From an uncultured Advenella sp. (GTDB lineage: Bacteria > Pseudomonadota > Gammaproteobacteria > Burkholderiales > Burkholderiaceae_B), in NCBI GenBank assembly GCA_964588255.1, contig CAZPNE010000002.1, forward strand, positions 15,757-79,756: a DNA stretch of 64,000 nucleotides. Direction: 5' to 3'. Each line of letters begins with the position of its first letter. The first letter of the stretch is position 1. This document shows positions 10,787 through 20,206 of this stretch, piece by piece. The notes beneath the pieces were generated by a model. The model made no database searches and had not been told where the DNA came from. It saw nothing but the letters and a program-made list of their open reading frames with translations. Position numbers and translations under genes: made by a program.

Positions 10787-11580
10787 TGCCTGCTTATATA
10801 GAAATTTCCTATCTGGATATGGCTGTGGCTTCCCTGCTGGTATTGGCCAATGGTTTAATTTCCGTCGTGTTAAAGCTCAAGCTTGAAAAGAGCCTGCTGG
10901 TGTCGGCGGTCAGGATGGTGGTTCAGCTTTTGCTGATTGGCACCATCCTGAAATGGGTGTTTAGTGTCGATAAATGGTATGTCGTGATGTTTATTATAGG
11001 TATCATGACTTTTATTGCAGGTATGGCGGCATACAACCGCAATCGCTTCCAATATGGTGGCATGCGAATCGATACGCTGGTTTCAGTCTGGGTATCTTCC
11101 TGGCTGGTTGCCATACTTGGACTGGTTGTGGTGTTGCAGGTACAACCCTGGTATACACCCCAGTATGTGATTCCCATCATGGGCATGATTCTGGGCAATA
11201 CGCTAACAGGGGTGTCATTGGGGCTGGATCGCATTACACACGAACTGGTGCAAAAACGTGAACAGGTTGAAATGCTGCTTTCTCTGGGGGCTACTCGCTG
11301 GGAGGCGTATAAAGAGCCGGCGCAAAATGCGGTCATGGCCGGTATGATGCCGACGATTAACAGCATGATGGTGATTGGGCTGGTGAGTTTGCCCGGCATG
11401 ATGACCGGTCAGATTCTTGCCGGGCAGGATCCCGAACAGGCGATCCGCTATCAGATTATCGTCATGTTTTTTCTCAGTGCCGCTTCGTCAATGGGGTGTG
11501 TGTTGGTTGTGGCGTTTGTATTCAAACGTTTATTTTCAAAATCACATACTTTTATGTATTGGAAGTTGCAAGAAAAATAA
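10786..11580 (+). CDS. UPF0014 permease, FetB/YbbM-like (iron export family)
   Basis: RMVVQLLLIG, IPIMGMILGN and GLVSLPGMMTGQILAG motifs. Confidence 0.88.
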   Translation: MPAYIEISYLDMAVASLLVLANGLISVVLKLKLEKSLLVSAVRMVVQLLLIGTILKWVFSVDKWYVVMFIIGIMTFIAGMAAYNRNRFQYGGMRIDTLVSVWVSSWLVAILGLVVVLQVQPWYTPQYVIPIMGMILGNTLTGVSLGLDRITHELVQKREQVEMLLSLGATRWEAYKEPAQNAVMAGMMPTINSMMVIGLVSLPGMMTGQILAGQDPEQAIRYQIIVMFFLSAASSMGCVLVVAFVFKRLFSKSHTFMYWKLQEK

Positions 11581-11589
11581 ACGTTAAAG

Positions 11590-14394
11590 GTGAGAAAGGA
11601 AATGGCAAAGCAAAGTGGGGTTACAGACCCTTCAGTACAAAGCCCCGAGGTGCTTGTACTGGAGGCTGGCACGAATCTTGAGCGTGGCTTAACCGGCACA
11701 CAGGCAAGCCAACGATTGCAAAAAGATGGCCCGAACGAGCTGCGTGCCGCCAGGCCGGTACCCGGCTGGCAACGTTTTTTAATGCAGTTCCAGGATCCAT
11801 TGGTTTATTTGTTGCTGGTTGCCATTGTTATTTCTTTGATGGCCTGGGGCGTAGAGGGTTGGGTGGGCTGGCCCATTGATGCGCTGGTTATTTTATTGAT
11901 TGTGGTGGGTAACGCCATTTTGGGTTATGTGCAAGAGCACAAGGCAGAAAATGCGGTGGCTGCACTGGCCAAAATGACCGAAGTCACTGCCGCCGTATTG
12001 CGTGATGGGGTGGTTAGCCGGATCCCTAGTACCCGTCTGGTGGTGGGGGATATTCTCATGCTGGAAGAAGGGGATGCCGTTGGTGCTGATGCCCGCCTGG
12101 TCCGCGCTTCTTCCCTGAAAATCCAGGAAGCTTCCCTGACCGGAGAAAGCGAAGCGGTCATGAAAGACGCGGCTTGCCTGGAGCGGGTTTTACCGTTGGG
12201 TGATCGCCTGAACATGATTTTCAAAGGCACCGCGGTGGTGCAGGGTACTGGCAAGGCGGTGGTGACGGCAACCGGGATGGATACGGAAATGGGATCCATT
12301 GCGCAAATGCTGGATCAAACCGTTGAAGGGCCCACCCCTTTGCAAAAAGAAATTGGTCATATTGGCCGTATGCTCGGCAAGGCCGTGGTGGTGATTGCCA
12401 TCGTTGTTGTGATAACGGTATTGCTATTGGCGGATATCAACAGCGTTTCAGATGTCATTAGTGTCTTGCTACTTGGTGTTTCGCTAGCGGTGGCCGCGGT
12501 GCCAGAGGGATTGCCCGCCATATTATCGGTCGTGCTGGCGCTGGGTGTCCAGCGGATGGCCAGCCGGAATGCAATTGTCAAAAAATTGTCTTCAGTTGAA
12601 ACGTTAGGTTCTGCTTCGGTAATTTGTACCGATAAAACAGGAACGCTGACCCGCTCGGAAATGACCATCGAGCAAGCCTATACCAGTTCTGGATGTACCG
12701 AGTTAACCGGGATCGGTTACGTGCCTGAAGGCTGTGTCCGGTTTCAAGGTAAACCACTGGAACCGGGGCAGTTGCATGCCGAACAAATTGTGCTGCTAAG
12801 TGGCGGTAGTTTGGCCAATAATGCCGATTTACGCCTGAACAAAGCAGGTGAGTGGGAAATTCAGGGAGATCCCACTGAAGCTGCCTTTCTGGTTGCCGAG
12901 CAGAAATTGAATGTGGCGGATCGCCGTAAACAACGTTTTGAAAGGGTAATGGAAATTCCGTTCAGTTCCGACCGGAAAATGATGTCGACTATTGAAAAAG
13001 ACCATGAACATGATGATGGCCTGGTGTTGATCAGCAAAGGTGCCCCTGACATACTTTTGCAACTGTGTACGCAATGCCGTTCAGGTACAGAGGTCGTTGC
13101 GTTTACCGATGCGCTGCGTGCCAAGGCATTGGCCGATGTAGACCGCTTGTCTGATGCCGCTTATCGAACACTTTCCGTGGCCTATCGTCCTATTGCCAGT
13201 CACGAAGATCTTGAGCATCTTGACGCGCTTGAGCAAAATCTGATTTTTGTCGGTACGGTTGGCATTATTGATCCTCCGCGTGAAGAAGTGGGTGTTGCCA
13301 TTCAGGAGGCACACAGGGCAGGCATCAGGGTCATCATGATCACGGGTGATCATCCACGTACAGCAGCCCGTATTGCACAGGATTTGGGCATTATTGCCGA
13401 AGGTGAGGGAGCCCTGACCGGTGAAGAACTTGATCACCTTGATGAGCAGGCTTTCCGGCAGGCCGTGGAAAGGGCGTCTGTTTTTGCCAGAGTGGCGCCC
13501 GCTCACAAGCAGCGGATTGTTGATGCGCTACAAACGATGGGCCATATTGTGGCTATGACCGGTGATGGCGTGAACGATGCGCCAGCCTTGAAAACAGCCG
13601 ATATCGGTGTGGCCATGGGGATTACCGGTACCGAAGTCACTAAAGAGGCGGGTAAGATGATTCTTGCCGATGATAATTTTGCTACCATTGTGTCCGCCGT
13701 TCGTGAGGGGCGGAATATTTTTGACAATATCCGCAAGTTCTTGCGTTATTTGCTGTCATCCAATATGGGTGAGGTGCTTACTGTATTTTTGGGGGTGATT
13801 GGTGCCAGCCTGCTTGGCTTGTATGCCGGGGATGGCGGGCTTGTTGTCCCCTTGCTGGCCACCCAGATTCTGTGGATTAATCTGGTGACTGACTCAGGGC
13901 CTGCCCTGGCAATCGGGATGGACCCCCAAACTGAAGACGTAATGGCCCGCAAACCCCGTAGGCAAACTGAACGCACCATTAACGGCCGGATGTGGCAAGG
14001 CGTCTTTATGATTGGCCTGATTATGAGCCTGGCTACCTTGATGACGATTGATTATTATTTGCCAGGAGGCATGATGGAAGGTGGTGAAAGCCTGGCACTT
14101 GCCCGCACTGCCGGGTTCACAGTACTTGTATTTGCTCAGTTGTTCAATTGTTTTAATGCCCGTTCGGAATTAAACAGTGCGTTCAAACATATGTTTGTCA
14201 ACGGGTGGCTGTTAGGCGCTATTGGGTTGTCTGTTTTATTGCAGGTCGCTGTCGTACATATCGGTTTTCTCAACACGGCATTCAGTACAGTTCCCCTGAG
14301 CCTGGAACAATGGGGCGTGTGTATGTTGATGGGTAGTAGCGTTTTGTGGTTCAGTGAAGTTCGTAAATTAGTTTTAAGACGTTTGGAGAAATAA
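11590..14394 (+). CDS. Cation-transporting P-type ATPase, type IIA (Ca2+/Mn2+)
   Basis: TGES, PEGLP, DKTGTLT, TGDGVNDAP; SERCA-like SSNMGE (TM5) and INLVTD (TM6). Start may be ATG 11602. Confidence 0.93.
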   Translation: MRKEMAKQSGVTDPSVQSPEVLVLEAGTNLERGLTGTQASQRLQKDGPNELRAARPVPGWQRFLMQFQDPLVYLLLVAIVISLMAWGVEGWVGWPIDALVILLIVVGNAILGYVQEHKAENAVAALAKMTEVTAAVLRDGVVSRIPSTRLVVGDILMLEEGDAVGADARLVRASSLKIQEASLTGESEAVMKDAACLERVLPLGDRLNMIFKGTAVVQGTGKAVVTATGMDTEMGSIAQMLDQTVEGPTPLQKEIGHIGRMLGKAVVVIAIVVVITVLLLADINSVSDVISVLLLGVSLAVAAVPEGLPAILSVVLALGVQRMASRNAIVKKLSSVETLGSASVICTDKTGTLTRSEMTIEQAYTSSGCTELTGIGYVPEGCVRFQGKPLEPGQLHAEQIVLLSGGSLANNADLRLNKAGEWEIQGDPTEAAFLVAEQKLNVADRRKQRFERVMEIPFSSDRKMMSTIEKDHEHDDGLVLISKGAPDILLQLCTQCRSGTEVVAFTDALRAKALADVDRLSDAAYRTLSVAYRPIASHEDLEHLDALEQNLIFVGTVGIIDPPREEVGVAIQEAHRAGIRVIMITGDHPRTAARIAQDLGIIAEGEGALTGEELDHLDEQAFRQAVERASVFARVAPAHKQRIVDALQTMGHIVAMTGDGVNDAPALKTADIGVAMGITGTEVTKEAGKMILADDNFATIVSAVREGRNIFDNIRKFLRYLLSSNMGEVLTVFLGVIGASLLGLYAGDGGLVVPLLATQILWINLVTDSGPALAIGMDPQTEDVMARKPRRQTERTINGRMWQGVFMIGLIMSLATLMTIDYYLPGGMMEGGESLALARTAGFTVLVFAQLFNCFNARSELNSAFKHMFVNGWLLGAIGLSVLLQVAVVHIGFLNTAFSTVPLSLEQWGVCMLMGSSVLWFSEVRKLVLRRLEK

Positions 14395-15375
14395 GTGGAA
14401 TTTCACCCCGCAATTATTTTTGTGGCTGGCCTGGTAATTATTATCCTTGGTGCCGAGATGATTCTCAGGAGTGCGGCCCGGATTGCCGTTATGCTTCATA
14501 TCAAGCCGATTATTATTGGCCTGACTATTGTTTCCATTGGAACCAGCACACCAGAGCTTGCCGTGGGCATAACGGCCGGTTTTAGTGGTGAAGGGGAAAT
14601 GGCGATTGGAAATATTATCGGAACCAATCTGGTCAATATTCTTTTTATCCTGGGCTTGAGTGCCGCCATTCGTGCATTACCCATCCAGTCGCAAAGCCTG
14701 AAACTGGATTTGCCCATGATTGTTTTCAGTTCCCTGTTTTTGCTTTTTGTGTCTATGGATGGGGTTATTAGCCGGATTGATGCGGGAATTTTGCTCTTTA
14801 TGGCTATTGCATATACGGTAGTCCTGATTCGCAAGAGCCGGCATGAATCGGTAGCGGTTCAACATGAGTTTGTCCAGGAGTTTGGTGCTGAGAAAACCAT
14901 TACCACCTGGACAGCCACCACTAAAACGTGGAACCTTATTGTGTTGTGTGCCGGTATGGTTTTATCGGTTTTGGGGGCAAACCTGTTAGTGGACAGTGCC
15001 GTTACGATTGCAGAACATTTCGGGGTTTCCAATGTCATTATTGGCTTAACCATCGTGGCTATCGGGACCTCCTCTCCTGAATTGGTAACGACCATCTTGT
15101 CTACGATCAAGAATGATCGGGATGTGGCGATCGGTAACCTGATTGGCAGCAGCATTTATAATATCCTGTTTATTCTGGGCGTCACTGCATTTGTAGTGCC
15201 GGGTGGCATCAGTATTGGTTCAGACCTTCTCTGGATTGATTTTCCATTAATGATTGCGGTTGCTTTATTATGTATTCCCGTTTTTAGAAGCCAGAAAATA
15301 GTTTCGCGCAAGGAAGGGGCGCTGTTTGTTTTACTTTATTTCGCCTATATGGCCTTATTGTTGTCCCGTATTTAA
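14395..15375 (+). CDS. Calcium/sodium antiporter (CaCA, YrbG-like)
   Basis: Alpha repeats GTSTPE...GNIIGTN and GTSSPE...GNLIGSS. Confidence 0.92.
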   Translation: MEFHPAIIFVAGLVIIILGAEMILRSAARIAVMLHIKPIIIGLTIVSIGTSTPELAVGITAGFSGEGEMAIGNIIGTNLVNILFILGLSAAIRALPIQSQSLKLDLPMIVFSSLFLLFVSMDGVISRIDAGILLFMAIAYTVVLIRKSRHESVAVQHEFVQEFGAEKTITTWTATTKTWNLIVLCAGMVLSVLGANLLVDSAVTIAEHFGVSNVIIGLTIVAIGTSSPELVTTILSTIKNDRDVAIGNLIGSSIYNILFILGVTAFVVPGGISIGSDLLWIDFPLMIAVALLCIPVFRSQKIVSRKEGALFVLLYFAYMALLLSRI

Positions 15376-15378
15376 AAA

Positions 15379-16530
15379 ATGACTGTTGAAATTATGCCAC
15401 CCACCATTTCCTGGCAGGAAAACGAGAAAAATCATATCGCCCGATGGCATTCTGAAAGCGGGGCCAGGCCACCCAAGCGCATTGTTCCCGTTAATGACAC
15501 CTTGACTGCCGATGAGGCGCTTAAACTGGCGCATGAAGGAACCGGTTTGCTATGGCAGGGGGATTACCAGAATGCACGCCAGTTGTTGCAGGCTATGGCA
15601 CGTCGGCTGGATAAAAAAGCAACCCGAAAAAATGCAAAAACCGCCTCTCGGGAAAATATCCGTGATGTTTTTAATTTATATCGGCTGGGACAGGCACAAC
15701 GTGCCCGGTTGTTGGGGATGGTGTTAATCCGTATTGATCCGGGTTTTAATATTGCGTTACGACGTGCGCCCGATGTGCAACAGGCTTGTACACAAGTGTA
15801 TGCCTATGCTGATACATTTGTTGTATCACTTAGGGAATTGTTAGGCGTGATTGGTGCTTTTGAGTGGCGTCGCAATGGGGTTCCAGTGCCCGAGGCCGGT
15901 GGCAAGATCCATCCATTTTATGGCGTGTTTTCACCGGTTAGGGGTGAGTATCTTAAGCTGGTTAACCGGGCGCCTTTGCCCGAGTTTTGCCAAATGGCGT
16001 TTGATATCGGTACCGGTACCGGGGTTTTAGCTATTGTTCTGGCCAAACGGGGCGTTAAGCACATTGTGGCGACAGATATGCAGGAAAGGGCGGTGGAATG
16101 CGCCCGTTTCAATATTACTAATGCTGGCTATCAAAACAAAATTACGGTAGAGCAACGCTCATTTTTTCCTGATGGCAAGGCTGATTTGATTGTTTGTAAC
16201 CCACCCTGGCTGCCAGCAAAGCCTTCTTCACCGCTGGAACACGCGGTTTATGATCCGGACAGTGCTATGTTGACCGGTTTTTTGCAAAACCTGCCAGCGC
16301 ATTTAAACCGGGGCGGGCAGGGATGGCTGATTATTTCTGATCTGGCCGAGCACCTTGGGTTGCGTAGCAGGGAAGATTTGCTTGGCTGGATACAGAAGGC
16401 TGGCTTAACCGTATTGGAAAGGCATGATATAAAACCGCATCATGCCAAAATGACAGATACCACCGACCCGTTACATGCCGCCAGAAAAACGGAAATCACC
16501 AGTTTGTGGCGGCTTGCCGTGCAGGAGTAA
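15379..16530 (+). CDS. Class I SAM-dependent methyltransferase (MTS/PrmC-like), substrate unknown
   Basis: FDIGTGTG motif I and CNPPW motif IV. Confidence 0.85.
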   Translation: MTVEIMPPTISWQENEKNHIARWHSESGARPPKRIVPVNDTLTADEALKLAHEGTGLLWQGDYQNARQLLQAMARRLDKKATRKNAKTASRENIRDVFNLYRLGQAQRARLLGMVLIRIDPGFNIALRRAPDVQQACTQVYAYADTFVVSLRELLGVIGAFEWRRNGVPVPEAGGKIHPFYGVFSPVRGEYLKLVNRAPLPEFCQMAFDIGTGTGVLAIVLAKRGVKHIVATDMQERAVECARFNITNAGYQNKITVEQRSFFPDGKADLIVCNPPWLPAKPSSPLEHAVYDPDSAMLTGFLQNLPAHLNRGGQGWLIISDLAEHLGLRSREDLLGWIQKAGLTVLERHDIKPHHAKMTDTTDPLHAARKTEITSLWRLAVQE

Positions 16531-16545
16531 GTGAATGCGGGTAAA

Positions 16546-16800
16546 TTAATTGCACTGAAACGTCATGAAGTAGGCGTCGTCTGGATTGCCTGACCCGGTG
16601 GGACTATGTTGTGATGCATTAATGACCGATTGTGAACCGCAGGTTGCCTGTGCTGTTTTCATGCACATTTCCCAATTTGGTGGGGTATTGGCGTTTTCAG
16701 AGCATTTGGCACCAAAATTGTTTCTGTCAACAATGTCTATGCCGCTTGAGGCGCAGCCTGCCAACACAAGGGGAAAAATAGCGAACAGTATTTTTTTCAT
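16546..16800 (-). CDS. Small Cys-containing lipoprotein
   Basis: MKK + hydrophobic stretch + LAGC lipobox; four further Cys; GGAGA SD upstream. Confidence 0.8.
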   Translation of the reverse strand: MKKILFAIFPLVLAGCASSGIDIVDRNNFGAKCSENANTPPNWEMCMKTAQATCGSQSVINASQHSPTGSGNPDDAYFMTFQCN

Positions 16801-17089
16801 AAATTTATCTCCATGGGGACAGCGAATATTGTAACTAAAATAAGGGAATGTTTTTACTTTTAATTGAATTGAGGATATAGTAATTCAATACCGAAAGGAA
16901 ATTTATTACTATTTTAAAGTAATAAGGTTTTCTAAAGTTTAAAGTTGCAGCACAACTTCCTGAATTGGTAAAAGTGTTTTTTATCATAGGGTTCTGGTAT
17001 CTGATGGTTTCTTTTTGTTTCAGAAATGGCGGTTGCGAGGGTTACAATGGTTTATAGGGTAACTGGTGACGCATATTTAGAGGATTTTA

Positions 17090-17458
17090 ATGATGAAAAA
17101 ATATATTATCCCTGCTTTGGTTGCACTGACTGCTTCAGCAATGGTTCAGGCTCAGGAAAGAGATACGCGTTCCGCCTGGGCAAAATCCCAGGATATGTAC
17201 GTAGAACCTACATTACGTATTAAGGAAACTACAATTATCCTGACTCCCGAACAGGCCCAGCAACTTAATATGGCTACAAAACAAGTGCCAGCGGGCTCAT
17301 TTCAGGAGGGTACAACGGTTAGAACAATCGTTCATCCTGATGGACGTGTGGAGCAGGTTCAGGAACCAGCTGGCAATACTGTTCCGGCGGCACCTGGCAC
17401 AATGCAAATGGCCCCTCAAGGGACAGCGCCTGTACAGGATTTGTCTACACCAAAGTAA
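17090..17458 (+). CDS. Exported hypothetical protein, Pro/Gln/Thr-rich
   Basis: Sec signal peptide ending VQA; GAGG SD; downstream terminator. Confidence 0.75.
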   Translation: MMKKYIIPALVALTASAMVQAQERDTRSAWAKSQDMYVEPTLRIKETTIILTPEQAQQLNMATKQVPAGSFQEGTTVRTIVHPDGRVEQVQEPAGNTVPAAPGTMQMAPQGTAPVQDLSTPK

Positions 17459-17517
17459 GACGTTTCTCCTCGGTACTCGCCTGATCTGGCTTTTTAGTCA
17501 GAATCCTCAGGCAGTCC

Positions 17518-17544
17518 AAATGCCCGCCTTAAAGGCGGGCATTT
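17518..17544. terminator. Intrinsic terminator-like hairpin
   Basis: AAATGCCCGCC-TTAAA-GGCGGGCATTT, a perfect 11-bp stem; the T tract is short. Confidence 0.7.
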
Positions 17545-17770
17545 CAATATCTGTTCATGGTTTTATTCCTCCTTATCCTGTCCTTTTTAGCCCTGCTGAT
17601 TGCCATCATTCTTTACGGTTAGCATTATCCGGGTACCTGGGATTATTTTTCATGTATTGGCCAATCGTTCAGGAATGGGCAGATCAACCTACTGGATACA
17701 TTTAATCATTCTTCCGTTTTGTGCCGGTTTCTCCTATTAGAATAAAGCGGCTTAAAAAACGGGAGCAGGC

Positions 17771-19879
17771 ATGAATGAAACGGGCAGGGAAGCAGAAACG
17801 GATTTACAGGAACTGGAAACCTATAAAAACCTGTTTGACAGGATAGAGCGGCAACCCTTGACGCTGGAGCAACGTACCGCCTGTGTATCCGGTGCCAGAA
17901 ATACCTTGGTGCTGGCGGGGGCGGGTACCGGAAAAACCAGTACGCTGGCAGGCCGCGCAGCTTACTTGCAGGCCAGTGGCAAGGCCAGGCCAGAACAGAT
18001 TCTGTTGCTGGCGTTTGCCCGGGAGGCGGCAGATGAAATGGATCAGCGCATTGCTTCCAGGCAGGCTCATGAAGGCCAGTCAGTGGAAGCCAGGACATTT
18101 CATGCGCTGGGACTAAGTATTGTTCAACAAGTTGAGAAATCCGCGATTGCCTTGTCTGAGTTAAGTGATGAAACCCGTTTACAGGCCTATCTTGAAAGGG
18201 AATTTCTTCATTTGTTGAACTGTTCGTCGCAGTATGGCCATCTTGTATTGGCCTGGTTTGATGCTTATGAGTCCAAACCGCTTTTTCGTTCCTGTTTTCA
18301 GGATGAGAAAAGCTATGAGGCTTATCTGGGACAGCAGGTTTTCAGGTCATATAATGATGATTACGCCAGGAACGTGAGTGAGTTGCTATTTGCCAATGCA
18401 CTGGCCGTGCTGGGTATACGTTATGGTTATCGGGCACATTATTTCAGGGATGTTTATATTCGTGCTTACGAACCCTACCGTTGCTGCTTTTACTTGCCAG
18501 CGCATGACTGTTATGTGGAAATTCATGATGTGCCTGAACAGCAGGTTTCAAACTGCCCGTTAGTTGAAAAGTATCGTGCCAGGGTTCGCCAGATTCATCG
18601 TGGCAATGGTACCTTCCTGCTTGAGTTTTACGAGCAGGAAATCGGGCTTGCCGGGCATAATCCGTTTGTATGCCTGATTCAGCAGGCACTGGGTATTAAG
18701 CTGGCACCCTTGCAAATCTCAGTGGGATTGTTTCGTTCATTTTCCCGTTTGCGAAATTTGTTGAGCGTGCTTAAATCAGCGCTGCTGGCAGCCCGGTCGA
18801 GTGACGCAAGCTTGCCGGCCATGCGGGAAAGGCTTGAAAGCAAAGCAGATTTTGAGAGCAGGTATCAGGCACTTTTACTTGACTTGTTAATACCCTTGGC
18901 CAGCGCTCATGAACAATATATTAGGGATTCCGGGAAAATAGATTATGCCATGATGATCAACCGGGCTACCCGCTATGTTCGTGAGGGCAGATATCCCGTT
19001 TTATGGCGCGATATCCTGATTGACGAGTTTCAGGATTTGTCTGCCCAGCGATATGGTTTGATCAAGGCAATCAGGGATCAAAATTCCCATATACGGCTTT
19101 TTTGTGTGGGCGATGACTGGCAGGCCATTTATCGCTTTGCCGGCAGTGATATTGCTTATACCTCAAGGTTTGAATCCTGGTTTGGTAAGGCAACGTGTGT
19201 GGCATTGCGCCATACCTTCCGGTTTAATAACCAGATTGCGGCCGTAGCCAGCCGTTTTGTGCTTGAAAACCCTTCGCAAACACGAAAATCTCTGGTGACC
19301 CAGATACAGCAAGCCAGCCCCGCTGTCAGTGTGCTGGATGAAAAAAATGGCATGGCGCGTGTCTTGCAAAATATTGTACTGAAAATGGGCGAAATATCAT
19401 CAGTGGCAACGGTATTGATTCTGGCACGCTTCCGGCATTTGTTGTTGCCAGAATCAACCCTCCAACGTTGGCGGCAGGACTTTCCAGGGTTAAGCGTGCG
19501 TTGTGCAACGGTGCATGCATCTAAAGGGCAAGAAGCCGATTATGTTATTGTGTTGGGCTTGAATAATGGCGAGTTTGGGTTTCCTTCGGGCAAGCAGACC
19601 CATCTTTTGCAAGAATCGCTGTTGCCGGAAGCGGAAAGCTTTACGCAGGCAGAAGAACGGCGCCTGTTTTATGTGGCATTAACCCGCGCCAGAAAGCATG
19701 TTTACCTGATGTATGATCCGGATAATCCGTCGCGGTTTGTACTTGAATTGTTAAATAATCATTATGCTATTGAAGTACTGTCCGATAAGGCCTTGCTGGC
19801 CAGTACTTCTTTAAAGCGCGGCAAGCGTACAATAAGTGCGATGTTGCTGACGTTAATTGGGTTTGATAAAAGAGCGTGA
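17771..19879 (+). CDS. UvrD-family helicase (helicase IV/HelD-like)
   Basis: AGAGTGKTST, IDEFQD, VGDDWQAIYRFAG, TVHASKGQE and EERRLFYVALTRA SF1 motifs. Confidence 0.88.
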   Translation: MNETGREAETDLQELETYKNLFDRIERQPLTLEQRTACVSGARNTLVLAGAGTGKTSTLAGRAAYLQASGKARPEQILLLAFAREAADEMDQRIASRQAHEGQSVEARTFHALGLSIVQQVEKSAIALSELSDETRLQAYLEREFLHLLNCSSQYGHLVLAWFDAYESKPLFRSCFQDEKSYEAYLGQQVFRSYNDDYARNVSELLFANALAVLGIRYGYRAHYFRDVYIRAYEPYRCCFYLPAHDCYVEIHDVPEQQVSNCPLVEKYRARVRQIHRGNGTFLLEFYEQEIGLAGHNPFVCLIQQALGIKLAPLQISVGLFRSFSRLRNLLSVLKSALLAARSSDASLPAMRERLESKADFESRYQALLLDLLIPLASAHEQYIRDSGKIDYAMMINRATRYVREGRYPVLWRDILIDEFQDLSAQRYGLIKAIRDQNSHIRLFCVGDDWQAIYRFAGSDIAYTSRFESWFGKATCVALRHTFRFNNQIAAVASRFVLENPSQTRKSLVTQIQQASPAVSVLDEKNGMARVLQNIVLKMGEISSVATVLILARFRHLLLPESTLQRWRQDFPGLSVRCATVHASKGQEADYVIVLGLNNGEFGFPSGKQTHLLQESLLPEAESFTQAEERRLFYVALTRARKHVYLMYDPDNPSRFVLELLNNHYAIEVLSDKALLASTSLKRGKRTISAMLLTLIGFDKRA

Positions 19880-20191
19880 GTCTTGATAATTCAGGAAATC
19901 CAGTCCGAGATGGAAGCTGTTTTCATCTGAGCAAAAGAAAATAACCGTATCTTCTGATTGCATGTTGACGAGCACGGACTCCATTTCATCTTCAATGTCC
20001 AGGGATTCGTCCAGTGAAGCAACGTGGATATCGTTGCCTTGCTCAAAACGTTCTTCGGGGACCAGGGTGGTAATTTCATCAAAATCGGTTTCACCCAGGA
20101 TGAAATAAATATTCAATGACAGGTTTTCAACCTCACACTGGATTTCTATGCCGTGCTCAAGGGGGCGGATTAAAGTGCTTTGCAGTTCCAT
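19853..20191 (-). CDS. Acidic hypothetical protein
   Basis: 112-aa, strongly D/E-rich ORF filling the gap 16 nt downstream of a small lipoprotein gene. Confidence 0.65.
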   Translation of the reverse strand: MELQSTLIRPLEHGIEIQCEVENLSLNIYFILGETDFDEITTLVPEERFEQGNDIHVASLDESLDIEDEMESVLVNMQSEDTVIFFCSDENSFHLGLDFLNYQDSRSFIKPN

Positions 20192-20206
20192 GGGGTAGCG
20201 TGGTTG

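Noticed and set aside
17544-17574. Minus-strand AAGGAGG SD followed by a 4-codon ORF (MNRY*) and GGA repeats resembling a CsrA sponge
   Set aside because: More simply explained as the complement of the Phe/Leu codons of the + strand hydrophobic micro-ORF; the GGA motifs are not in hairpin loops.
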